Origin: Phoronis australis
Taxonomy: Eukaryota > Animalia > Phoronida
Assembly: GCA_002633005.1 (NCBI GenBank)
Contig: NMRA01000044.1
Location: 12,182 to 76,181 of the forward strand
Direction: 5' to 3'
DNA: 64,000 nt
Positions 51,231 to 63,868 of this stretch are shown here, piece after piece (the first letter of the stretch is position 1; every line of letters starts with the position of its first letter). A model generated the notes under the pieces. The model searched no databases. It was not told the DNA's origin and saw only the letters and a list, made by a program, of their open reading frames with translations. Position numbers and translations under genes: made by a program.

Positions 51231-54200
51231 CAGCACACATCACGAATTTTTGTCAAATTTGCCGACCGGTCGGCTAATTTTTTGCCGACCGGCAGCCGGC
51301 AGCAGTGCCGACTCATAAGGCGACCCACCAGCCGACTCCACAGCCGACCCTTGATTGCCGACTGGCCATCAGCCGACCCACTAGTCGGCTGCTATTTTCA
51401 GGCTAGAGTAGCAGTTTCGTAATAGGTTGTCAGGCTGATACCGCTTTGCGTGCAGATGCATATTCGTCTCGGCAAAGGGTCAAATAAATTAACCTAGTTT
51501 TACTGTGTTTCCATTACATGAGTTCACATCGGTTGTGTTCATTGACGCCACTAATTCGAAGGTTGGAGGCAACATTGGATTAAGGACAATGGAACAAGTT
51601 TTGGATAACAAAACGTTAAAGTTTTCTTTACATTTGATCTTTTGGCTCAAACGTTAACAAATGACATTAGATTGCCTGCTTCCCAGTCGCCGCAGTCATT
51701 TTGTAAACGCTGCTTTTTTACAGTCTTCGCCCACACTTGTTTTTTGTTTGTGTTACGCCGAACTGCATCTTTTTGCGTTTTTAAAGGAGCATGCCATCCA
51801 AAAAACAACCAAATTTGTATCAATTTAGATCGAGTAGTTCTACTCCATAACGGCACGTACGGTTGCGTAACCTGACACCTGACGGCAGACGGAGGTGTTG
51901 AAATTATCCAATGACGTCATCGGTTTCACACGCAGTCTGTTCAGCAGTTCACAGCACGGGTTACTGGCGTCAGTTTATCGCTTGAAGTCATCGTTTAACA
52001 CCAATAAATCATCAAACTTCGATGTAAAACCCTTAAAAACACACAGACTTGTTATAAAAACGTGTTGTTTTATTTCGCTCTTACGGACTTATTGATATTT
52101 GGACACACCGTAGCCTACAAAGTTCGGCAGGCCAATAAGGTCCGTAGCAGGAGTTTGGGGTCGGACTAGATAATTTCGAAGTATTTTCCGTGAGATACAG
52201 ACAGGAGAACCTAGATCTGTGTTGTTTAGACTTGTGATTTTTTGAGTTCTAAACACAAAACGCTTGTTAGCCTGACCAGTGGCTCGGAGCACGATCAGGC
52301 CCGTCGCGGCCGGTCGGATAATGACTCGTTATCCCCACCAATGGCTCGGAAACTGATCAGACATCAAGAACAAAAACCAGCCAAAGTTCAGTGGAAACTA
52401 AACTTTCAGTCAAGAAAATGCTATACTAGTGAGCCAAAGTAATGTGCACGTGATTATGTTGGTGAATTAGCCACGAAACTGCAAATCTACTTACTCGTCG
52501 GGGGCCGCGAATTCAGGTTCCGCTTTGGCCACAGCACCGTCAGGGCAGAAGTTGTACATTGACAATCATTATTTGAGTAATGTAAATGTAAGTAAAGATT
52601 CCCCTAAAACCCGGCCATGGGATGGAAATTGAGTTGTTTCACAACAATTTCTGTCAGCAAACACTAAATTAGCATGAGCTCACACGGCCTAGGTGTCCCG
52701 GCAATTAGTTTTATAGCACCTAAAGCCGGTAACGCAGTGATTTATTCATTGCTGGCTTCTCAAATCATTTGCTCTCACGAACACTCCAAAGGCATTACAA
52801 ATTGCATCTAATGAAACAGACCTTGTTTCAGTTTTATATAAGTAATGGTTAGGGTGAGAATTATTCATTTTGAAACAGAACGCTCAGTAATAAACGCCAA
52901 CATGGCAACTCGCAATCCCGACTTAAGACGAGCTAGATCGAGCTCATCAGTCCCGANNNNNNNNNNNNNNNNNNNNNNNNNNNNNNNNNNNNNNNNNNNN
53001 NNNNNNNNNNNNNNNNNNNNNNNNNNNNNNNNNNNNNNNNNNNNNNNNNNNNNNNNNNNNNNNNNNNNNNNNNNNNNNNNNNNNNNNNNNNNNNNNNNNN
53101 NNNNNNNNNNNNNNNNNNNNNNNNNNNNNNNNNNNNNNNNNNNNNNNNNNNNNNNNNNNNNNNNNNNNNNNNNNNNNNNNNNNNNNNNNNNNNNNNNNNN
53201 NNNNNNNNNNNNNNNNNNNNNNNNNNNNNNNNNNNNNNNNATTGTTGAGGCTACTACCAATTTTAGCTTTGCGCATTCATGCATCGGTGACGGTAAAATT
53301 TGCTCTAGTAGTTGCAGTACATGTATCAGTTGGTCGCTGACGTTGTTCCAAAAACAAATATTTTCTGTCAACAACATATTGACAAACTGTGTAAAATAAA
53401 ACAATTTTGAACGGGAAGATGCGAATACTTGGTGAGGAGGTATTTGTCACTATACGCGGCATCTTTGGTAAAGCGAATGCGATGTCGAAAGAAATGGAAG
53501 AAAATACACCAAGGTACACTTTTTGAGAAGCAAAACGTCTAGTGATGTTTATAGCGCATGACCTGGCCTCCTTAGGTAGTAACTGAAGCTGAATGACATA
53601 TGGCAACTAAGGCTCCAAAATAATAATATCATGCTTGTATTGCCCCCCCTCCTCCCCCTTCTTCCCGAGTTCTGCACCTTCCAATGAGTGACCACGCCAG
53701 ATTTGGTTCACTTTCAGTCCTAAGATCGCAGAATCATTCTTCTGTGGTCAGCTGCAACGAGACCTACATTTTTGGGACGGTGCTCACTCTTAAAAAAACT
53801 TCCAGCATGAGAGCGCTTTGTCAGAAATGCCAAGCACATGCAGCTTTGTAAGACAGGGACGTTTTCGTTTCCCTATGTCCACAGAAGTGCTTTGAGCAGC
53901 GTGTAGAACGGTTCATTTCGCTTTTCTACACGACTATGGCAAACACGGTGTTTTGAAAAAGTCCACTTTTGAGGACATTTTCAAAAATTAACATGTTTGG
54001 TTGACGCATTCAGTCAGTGCCACGTCGTGCATCAAATGAAGGTGAGAGTTGCCGGTACTGTACCAGTTATCATCGTCATACCACGTCATTTCCCGCAAAA
54101 CTACGGCCAGTCAATGAATCTACATGTATATTGTGTTTATTGAAATGCCTTTAGGCAATCATTAGTTTTAGAAGAATTATTAAAGTTTGACTTGTGGCAA

Positions 54201-55650
54201 CATTGCGTAGCGTTTTAAGACGCATGTTCATATTGACGTCATTCAGCATTTAATTCCAAAATCCAACAGCGCCAACGCCACGGATATTTGTCAATTTTGA
54301 TATACATGTAAATAACCATCCTCTTGTTGCAATAACTAACTACACATGGTTCCTAGAACGTTCTAAAGTTTCAATTTACGTTTATCAATTATAACAGACG
54401 AAACGTGATGTAATTACAGAAATTTATAAGTAGTAATAGAATCATGGCTGCAGGACGGGATTAAACTGGAACCCTCTGGTACATCACTTCGGGGCGGCAG
54501 GTGGCACCAGTTTATTATTAATTAAAATGCGTTTCAATTGCCTGACTTACTTGAATGAATCTATGTAACATTTCTGATGCTAAAATGTTTAGTGCCGATC
54601 ATCACGAATTGGCTCGCCTCTCCCTCCTCTTCTCCGGAGAGGGTTCCGCACGAGACAAATCTCCCTCCATCCTAGCTACATGTAGGCCTAAGCCCCTCAG
54701 GATGTTCACAGAAGTCCTGTTGCATACTTCTGTGTGCATTTATACATTGCTCCTTGCTAGTTCAAAGGCTTAGTTTTGCCCCTTATATTTACCGTCAATC
54801 TTAATGAACTTGTACGTAAAAGTTCGTCTTCTTCACTGTCTTAATCATATTTTCTGAACTTAGAATACATGTAAGTAATGCTTGTGTAAAAAACTTGCAC
54901 CTCCATTTTGGTTGATATGAGTTCTGATGAAACTGATCATCGTTCACATATATCAGTCTGATCATCGTTTACGGATCGTTTTGTGCCGTGAAAAAAAATC
55001 GTATAAATTAGCCTACTAGGGCTGATGAAAAAACTAAGATCTTATATTACACCTTTCGTTAATATTAATTCTTATCAACATCTTATAACATGCCATACAA
55101 TTCTTAGAAATAGTCGAAATTAATCTATTTTAAAGAATCATTTGTAATAAGTTTTATCAACCATAATTGATTGTGTACACCTGTCGTGCACGCGCAGACA
55201 TAGTGCTTGTGTACACTTGTCCTGCACGCGCAGATTTACATGTATATTGAGGGACAAAGGGACATTTCCCCCGAACTGCTCCACCGAGAGAGGGTACCAT
55301 CTGAAATGGGACACCTTAAGATGAAAGGATAAACATCGTTAAGCTTGGAAAAACGTGACAGTTCATTTCACCCTCGTGTGGTCCCAAAACGATGCAGGGA
55401 GTGACCTCCTCCACCATGAAAGCACGATTTCACAAAAAAAAACAGGAAACTAGAGGTAATTGATTCCAACACTGGGCCCTTTCACCGTGGGCGACCACTT
55501 TGCCGACCCAAGTGCCGACCGCAGAGGCGACTCAGCAGACGGCTCCGAGCAGACCATTGTTGGTCGGCTGCTGGTCGGCTAGACGGCCGGTCGTCGACCG
55601 GTCGTCGACCAATTTCCGACCGGTCGGACAAAAATTCGTGATGTGTGCTG
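51231..55650. mobile_element. TA-flanked element (or two ends of one family) with perfect 24-bp TIR and GCCGAC subterminal repeats (CACTA/EnSpm-like organisation)
   Basis: cagcacacatcacgaatttttgtc (51231-) and gacaaaaattcgtgatgtgtgctg (-55650), each flanked by TA. Clusters of gccgac/gtcggc lie inside both ends. The interval contains a gap. Confidence 0.65.
52500..53620 (+). pseudogene. Highly decayed RecQ-like SF2 helicase fragment (probably transposon-borne)
   Basis: Colinear degenerate motifs across frames: PGHG..KLSCF (motif I-like, ~52610), IELISPE (~52935), LPILALRIHAS (motif III-like, ~53250), TNIF and HFLRSK. The DEAH box would fall in the gap. Confidence 0.4.
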
Positions 55651-56454
55651 TACATTGTACTCGAATGCAAGTATCGGATAGAGACCGGTGATTCAACTAA
55701 GTTCCGGTAGGCAACTAAGTCGCTCGCAGTAAGGCGGGCTACGAAGGCTCGAAATCGCACGCCCATTCACATTCTACATTGCATGTGTCACGAAATAAAT
55801 CGTCGCCGATATTTCGGGTACCAATTTTGTTCACCTGTAAGCAGTCAGTATGCACTCACTGTGACCTTTCGTGTAGACGAACTTCATGAAGTGTAAAATC
55901 CACTCGTTCGGTTCGAGAGCATTGCGTTGTTATTTTTTGTTACTGGAAAAAACACCATAGCGAAGAGAAAATTGAACTCTGCAAAAAGCTGGGGAAGGAC
56001 ACTGTGCAGCTGCGCTCTAAAAATTTGCTATCCACTTGAGCAACCAGTGAACTTCTACTCGTCAAGAACAGATTTTAATCTCATTTGCGACTGAGAGAGT
56101 GGCTAATTAAATCCCTGTATTCCAATTATAAGAAGAATGACTAGTAAATACATTTTATTAACATACCGTTGAATGACCAGTCATGATGTTCAGCTACAAT
56201 TATGGTCAATCTCCTTTTCATAGCACCGTTCTTGCATGTGTGGTTGTACGGTAGTTTCAACCCTACATGTCAGGCATGTACAGGGTATAAGGGTAACCAC
56301 AGACGTATAGCTATGAGCTGAGTTGTCTATCTCAAGCCAATCATGGGTGAGTTGACAATTGAATGAACCAGCTGCTTTTTCATTCATTTGTTGTCATTTT
56401 ATCTTAGTGTCAGCTCAGCTATTGTTCAATTGAGGCAGACATCTCAACTTGCAG

Positions 56455-57655
56455 CTATTTGTCTACTCTGACCCAAAGCAAACTCTTCAATCTACTGAAG
56501 GCGACACCTTCGGAGCTAGAAGGCTTGAGTAGAAGGTGGTGCGTCTCCACTAATTGATGGTGCAATTCTTCCTGGATCGTCCATGAGAAAAGGTCTACTA
56601 GCCTATGCATCCCTTCAATGCCCAATAGTCGTCTTTTATTGATAGACACCACCGAAGGCTTAACATGTGGATAACTCGAGATCTTTGCAACTTTGAGTGA
56701 TTCAATGTTACCGTCTTGTGTGTCGGCCAGACGTCTAATTGAGTTTGCAGCCATATCTTCAAACAATGTAAAAATGATCATTCAAAACATTACGAATGAG
56801 AGGTGATATTGATTACATATCAGCAATCGTTGCATAAACAATATACGTGCTGAGATAAATTTATCAGATAAATTTGTCGGTTTAACAAATAGCAACACAA
56901 ACGTTGATATGCACCCACCGTGCGTGTCGCACACAGATAAATGTAAGTGACGCCGGATTATTTTAAACATCCTAACGGAAGCAATGTACATATATGCATG
57001 CATGCAAACAAGCATACATGTGTGTGTTTTTTGTGTATGTGTGCGTGTGCTTGAGTGTGTGGATGCATAAAAGGGTCCATTCACAACAACAAGAAGCGTT
57101 ACAACAAACTGAGCAGTATACACAGTTGTTCCATCTTGGTTAAATACCAGAATGTCGCTACCATTATTCACATTGTGGTCTATTGCTGCAAGTACATTTC
57201 TCACCTGGCCATAGGCGGATTTAGGGGGGCAGGGCGCCCTCCTCCCCCCTCCTTAGCTGACGCATAAAAATAAAAGATCAAGAGGATGAGGAAATATTGA
57301 ATTTATTAATTAATTCGGGTGATGAATATGCGGCTGAAAGAATATTTAACATTAGATGCAATTTCAGTCTGTGTGCAGGTGTGTGTGGGGGGAGGCTCAG
57401 ATCGGATTGCAAGTGACTGCCGGCGCAATCGTTTTTTCTTAGTCCTTCGTTTGTTTTTCAGAAAAAGGTCCACATTCGAGCCCCCTATATTTTAGGTATG
57501 CAATCATGCTTTGTGCGATTGCCCGGGGCAAAGTGTTGCCCCCTTCACGGTAATATCCTAGATCCGCCACTGCCGGCCCATAAGGAATTTAAAGCTTCCC
57601 AGCGTACGTGAGTAAAAAATGGTTAAATATCTCCAGCTCTTCCGGAGTACTCCTG
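56455..57655 (-). mobile_element. C-terminal part of a Kolobok-like DDE transposase, decayed, interrupted by a MITE
   Basis: STPEELEIFNHFLLTYAGK (~57650-57595), RNVLAAIDHNVN (~57200-57165) and DDPGRIAPSISGDAPPST (~56585-56530). Confidence 0.6.
57210..57572. mobile_element. hAT-like MITE, same family ends as 42198-42987; imperfect 5-bp TSD (CTGGC/CCGGC)
   Basis: cataggcggatttaggggg...atcctagatccgccactg. Confidence 0.8.
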
Positions 57656-60039
57656 AAAGAACAATAATATCATCATGAAACATCATTTCATATTTTTATC
57701 CAGCTAAACATTACACGTTACAGTGCCACATTATTTTGCTAATGGGAACATAACCTATACTTACATCGAATTTCAAGGATCAGAAATGTGTAGGAAATCT
57801 AATTCCACTTTTGCAAATTCTTCAATGAGCCTCTGTAAAGAGATGAGGCGGAACTTGAAATTTGACAGTGCAGGTGTAACATCACACTTGCCAATGTGTT
57901 TTACTGCTAAAGGGTTGTTCACTACTGAACACTGAACAGTGCTCTTATTAGAATTGAATCACAGAATGTTTTTAGAAGATGACAATAATTCGTGAATTTT
58001 CTATGTTCTTGAATTCGTCCGTAAAATCCCATGCAAATTTGTAATACACTTCCCCGGCGTAATTCTCTCCCTACGAGAGTCCAGAGCAATACATGTAAGG
58101 TGTGCTTTGTCAGGTTTTTTATTAAGTCCATGAGCTAATGCATACGAGTTCCGATTGTTTTTTAAGTGTGAACCTTTTCTCGGCTAGGTCAAAACTGTTT
58201 ATTTTGAGCTATTGTGGGGACAAGTGTGAACCCATTGTGTAGTACAGCGAGTCAGCTTAGTAGAATGCACACAGTAGGTTATAGCAGTTAATCATGCACA
58301 GTCACAAAGTCAAAGTAGGTCACTTTAGTTGCGGAAACAAAACTGAGAGAGTTCTCAGTGCGGTATTTCTCACTCGCCTTATTACCACTCGCAGAAGATA
58401 CGTAGGCTGCCGTCATCTTGCTTCGGTGCGATGTCTACAGTATTGGCGCGACTCTGTCTGATAGAATTTCATTTCATTACATTTCCCTCTTGCCATAGAA
58501 AGAAAGAGCGAGGGAGAGGGGGAAGAAGGGGGGGGGGGGNTAGCCGATTGGTTTTCACGACGTGTGATTTGTGTGTTGTATGTAATTCTGCCGCTATTCG
58601 CCCTAATAAGCGCCCAGGCATGCCACAAAAAGTGCCCCAACGCGTTTTCACACTTTGCTAAAGTAAGCGCCCAGACCATGAACTACATGCGAAAAATGCC
58701 TTACCTACAGTTCTAACGTCTCCAATTTATCAATTGAAAGATCCGACAGTCCTGAATTTGTAGGCCACGAGCCTCACCGTTATGTCCGTATACACTTCAA
58801 ACTTATACTCGGGAACCCAATGGTCGTCCGCCTGAGCATAAAACCGGCTTGTTGTCGTACTCACCCAATTATTCCACTTCAAAGTTATGATCTGAATAGG
58901 ATTTGATTTAACTATCACAAATATATAGTATTCGTCGATTCAAATGTTTTCTTTTACTTATGCCGAGTTGTTCAACAGTGCATTGCTTTTCGGCAGCCAT
59001 TTTATAATGACCCCTATGGTCGTCATATACTGCCGCGTTTTGAAAGAACAGAAAACCCACACAGAGAAAGGCCAAGAAAACAGTGGAAAGTGGTTTACAG
59101 CAATTCTACTTCAACCACAAGCTGCTTTACTAGTGTGATATCGATTTTTAAATCGATTAAAATTGATTTACAGTTTCAGTTCTGGAAACTAAATCGCGAT
59201 TGTTTTATTCCAGATAGACCTTACTTATTTTCTGTTTGTGACCTCTTTATTTGACTTTTTGCTCTTGTTGTACTTAACACCACTTATCTCTGCTGTCTTT
59301 CTTTTTCTTTTCAGTTTTTCTTCATTCTCTGTCAACACCTTGTCAGAAAAACAGAACTGTAACCCTTTGAGACTTTGTCGGCGCAAGTTGATCATTGAAC
59401 CTCGATACAATTGTTCTAATAAATTACATAATATCGTATTGTTTGATTTTTTTCTCACCTTTAACAGGCTTCTGCAATCACGAATGAATAAATAAATACC
59501 AAGTTGCATTTGCACTTTATTGCTCAATTTTTTCTTTTATTTTTGGTTATGTCATGCAGTGTTGTGTGTAACAATGCAATACAGTGAAATAAAGTCAATG
59601 ATTTACTTTATTGGTGGTAATTCTCTATCAATTCAAGTATTTTAACTTTCTTCAAATAAATTCAAAATGCTTCAACCAAAGTTTTCAACATAAATGTTGA
59701 GTTCAGTACTGTGTTTTGCAATAAAAAAACAAGTGGACAATATTTTGATGACCAAGGCGTGGGCCGAAACTGTTAAGCACCCAGCGTGTTCCATTTGTCT
59801 GCTGCGTTTTTCTTTTGGCCTAACAGGTGTCGGTTAGTGCCTGGGACAAATAGAAACATTGCATAAACAATCCCGGAGTTGCTTTTTGTTCCGTCTGAAG
59901 AAAATTTAATTTCGAAAATATCTTATGAAAATGAACAAAAAAGTGCATTAGTAAAATCTACAAGTTTTTATTTGATTTAAAAAAACAGTCCGTAAATGCA
60001 TTAATTTTAGTCTTCCATGCGTGTTTCTCCCGAGAGGTT

Positions 60040-60360
60040 AGTACCTAACGTGCAGACGAGCACTCCAAATTGGAACGCTAAGTCCCGCGTGGCTGCGCCG
60101 CACGCTAAAGAAGATGGCGGACGACCTTTCGAGCCTGACGACAATAGGTATCCGGACTATACGCCGCGATTCAAAAAGAAAGCAAGTCTTGCTGCTCTTG
60201 CGAGGGATGTGCCCCACTACTCGGGCCTGGACTTTGAAAACAGACGCAGCGTACTTGTCAGCGGGATTGCATTGTTTCTTTCCGGTACAGATCTTCTCCG
60301 GCCTCAACAGGAATCCAAACTTCTTTGTACACGTGAAAACCGTGAATCGAAGACTCGTAA
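60040..60360 (-). pseudogene. Frameshifted HIRAN-like domain fragment (likely transposon cargo)
   Basis: SIHGFHVYKEVWIP..GEDL, then after a frameshift NPADKYAASV...VVGHIPRK. Confidence 0.6.
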
Positions 60361-60879
60361 AAAAATCGACCAGTGTTAGCACGCGCCCAAGAAGCGCGCG
60401 CTGCATAATTTACAGGCTGTCATCGAAGACATTTAGTCAGGAACTATCTATTCATGAAACGGGTAACATAGCATCGGCAAGAAATAAATATTGGCACTAA
60501 TTTCCGAAAGTTTCTCATACCGTAAAAAACTTTTGAGTTATTTTTAAGAGAAATTATTTAACTAATCATAATTGGTGTTTCTAATGTCAAAATGACCCAC
60601 TGATAGTGAACACATTCGAGCCCTTACACCCCGAATCTTCCGGAAAATAGCTGTTACACTACGGTCACGCATCCACTCACTCGGCGACTCATTGAGTGAC
60701 ATGTCGGTCTTACCGAAACAATTCTCGAACGCTTTTTAGCAGATGAGGCCAGCAAGTGTTAAGCTAAATATTAAAACACGCCCTGCTTGACTGCTTGGGT
60801 TATTCTTTGGATACAATGTACACCTAGATCATTACATCGCATTTACTCAGGCAAATGAACTCTAATGACAAGCACACGC

Positions 60880-61265
60880 ACGCTTACTCTCACACACACG
60901 TATACAAGCTTCAAAACAAACGTCACGTGACAACAACATGCGTGTTCCTCCAGAGATTGTTCTCGTGTTGCGGGCTACAACCTAGCGCAGATTTGTAGTT
61001 AATCTTCAGTTAATCCAGACTCCACAAGAACTTAAAAATCTTAGAGACGCTATTTGGAAAACTTGAGGAGGATTTCAAGTAATTTGTTGAGTCGAAGCTG
61101 TTAGTATTCTTATTCAAGAATTCAAACCCCATCGACGATTGCGAGACCGGCAGCTACGCATTTGTCGGCGAGATTTCGCCCTGGGATTTCAGTACAATTT
61201 TCTGAAAAATGATCGTAATTTGACAACAAATTTTGATAGCGATGCACCACAATTTTGTAGAAAGC
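60880..61265 (-). repeat. Dispersed repeat, copy B (inverted relative to 405-780)
   Basis: See 405-780. Confidence 0.8.
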
Positions 61266-62905
61266 AAATAATAATATTCTGCACGCTTTATCTTAGCGCG
61301 TTAATGCATATAGTGTGCGTACGTTAAGTGAGTCGACCCAGAACAGGTGATTGTGCAGAGGCCGTGATTATCCTCAAAATTGCTCATGTTGGCTTGGTTC
61401 TGGTCAAGCGAAAACAAGTTGTTTTTTTTTACTACCAACCGCCGTGAAGTATTTGTTACTGTTTCTTTCAAGGGAAATATTGTTGGGCAGTTTCCAAGAT
61501 ACGTTTTCTTGCCGCCCTCAAAATGAACGCTGCATACTTTATGCTAAGAAGTCGGAAAGAATTCACTAAGTCGGCCTTTGCTACCAGCTCTACCAATATG
61601 TCTGACCCATGTTTAACGTACATGTAGTTCTTGATCCATGGGAATTAAACAGGTAGTAACTAAATTCTTTATCTCGCTAACTGGTATTATAGCAGCCAGG
61701 TACAAAACACGTATAACCTCTCTGTGGTCGGTTCACCCCCACCCCGCTTGCCAAGGTACTTGTTTACCGGCTTAACCACAATGCAACATCCTGAGCCATT
61801 TCCAATATAGCGGCGTTGCAACTCCGCTATTACGTAACCGGAGACCGGGTCTCTTTACGTACAACACCAATAAGAGAAAAAGTTTTGGCTTGTTTCATAG
61901 CAACAGGTATCCTAAGGCCTATTAAATTTCTATTTAACATAATAATGCAGTTCTTTTTTAGACACAGGGTCATGGTGGTGACTCTTTAAGATTCTTTTAA
62001 CGTTGGAAATTAGGAGTGTCGACTGCTGAGAAGGTTTACTACTGCTAAGGTTTTCTACTCCGAAATATATGAACTTTTGGACTCAAGTGTAATTTTTACT
62101 CTTCTATGTGCAAACATGCATGGTACTTCGGTTTTTAGACTCAGTGGTGTACCTCTACCGAAAACAACGCAAATTAATGACTTTTTAACTCTTAACTTAA
62201 CACTCCAGAGAAATGAAAGCAGGTTTTAAAAACATTTAACTGCGATCTAAAGCCTACTTATTGGCAATCAAGACGAATGTAGTTCGATGTTTCAGCTATA
62301 ATTGTAGGAAAATGTGGTTACATGTGTAAGCAACCTCGTCAGCCGCCAGGGGCAGGGTAAGGGTAGCGGTTGGGGTAGGGGTAGGGGTAGTTTAGGAATA
62401 TGGGTTTGGTTGGGCAAGGTCTGGGGCTGAACTCGAGTTAGACAAGCCTGGCGCAAGAGATGGGCCTGAGTTTTTGAGGATTTCCCAAATGAAAGCCTAA
62501 ATCTCTGTCCTTTTCAACCCAGTAAGAAATTTCAAATAGATAAGAAGCAACACTGGTAAAATCGTAGAATTTGAAAAGTAGTCAGATTTTTGAGATGAAG
62601 TAATAAAAGTAATTGGCAGCCTTTTTCGAAAAAAAATCATTTTACATTCATTAGGCGACTTCTTCCAGCCAGGATCCTGCAGGTGCACCTTTGCCTCTAA
62701 AAGTCCACCTCGGTGTTTTTTCAAGTTTCGCTCGTGGTGCTTATTATCGGAAAAGGGCATCTATAGATACGCTAGGCGAAATTTCCGGAGATACGCTGAG
62801 GGTGTTCATTTCCCCAGTTTCATAGGAATTGCAGATAAAGACCTTAACTAAAGTGTCTTCTCAATAATAAACTCCAACCTGTGGAACTAAACATACATCG
62901 ATGAG

Positions 62906-62971
62906 CATGGGTGGCGCAGCACTGAAAAAAGTGGGCTATAGCCCCCAGCCTCCTAGGGTGCGCCGCCCATG
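62906..62971. mobile_element. 66-bp mini-MITE with 5-bp TSD (ATGAG)
   Basis: catgggtggcgca...tgcgccgcccatg. ATGAG occurs at 62901-62905 and 62972-62976. Confidence 0.8.
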
Positions 62972-63664
62972 ATGAGTTATGTATTGTCTTTCTTGGTAGT
63001 AATGATAAACCCGAGCTTATACGCGTCACTTTCACAATGTACGCCAGCCTGTATAATTATTTGGATTGGGTTTTGGTCCCTAAACTGATATTTCTCATTG
63101 TACACCGCAGACTTGTCTGCAGAAAACTCCGGAAATTCTTGAATAATAAGCTACAGTTGATCTCTAATAGCAACAGAAATGTTGCATGAATTTAAATTAA
63201 ATTATGTCGATTACAAGAGTTGGAACGGTGCATAACGTCACAAAAGGAATTATAAATAAATGATACATGTACATGTTAAAAAGTAGACAATGTAGAAACA
63301 GGCAGAAACACTTCAAAATCTGGTAAAAATATATGCTGAAAAACACAAACTTTCTAGCCTTAATGGGTGCAGCTCTTAGGTATGAAGACAAGAGGGGCAC
63401 CCATTAAAGCTTGAAAACTAGTGTTTATTAATAAATATTTTAAAGTGGTTTTACTTAGGTCTACATTATCTAATTTTGCCCGGTCTCCACATAAGTTATT
63501 CAATTGATAAGAAGGTAATAGATGAAGTGTATTTTTCATTGGCTTTTGACCCTTTCCACGTTATTCACCTATTTCACGAAAGCGCCATCTTCCCGCGCCA
63601 TCTTTAAATACTGATCGAAACCGAGGCACACTGATAAAACCTCGTGAGTGATCATCAGCTTGCC

Positions 63665-63868
63665 ATGGTGTACTGTGCAGTGCCTGAACGTACCAATTCC
63701 AGTAATATCTCGTCGGTATCCTTCCCAGGGATATACTTAGCCACTCGCCCAGTCGCCAATGCGAGTAAAAATGGTGCTGGGCGAGTAGAAGTTGACTTGC
63801 CGGTCGCCCGGTGGCGAGCGAATTTCAGAGCGCAAAAGCACTATCGTTTCCCAGATGAATATGAATAA
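63665..63868 (+). pseudogene. Decayed THAP-like N-terminus
   Basis: MVYCAVPERTNSS...SF and a downstream YRFP resemble the THAP MvxCxVPxCxN...F(H/Y)RFP start. Confidence 0.4.

Noticed and set aside
58705-58891. Exon-like segment on the minus strand (acceptor cctattcag, donor gtaag; weak MAM-like look)
   Set aside because: Two in-frame stops precede the donor and no partner exons were found, so it cannot be supported.
62340-62430. G-rich GGGTA/GGGGTA tract as telomeric seed or G-quadruplex element
   Set aside because: Short and degenerate; such tracts are common inside invertebrate non-autonomous repeats, and there is no further support.
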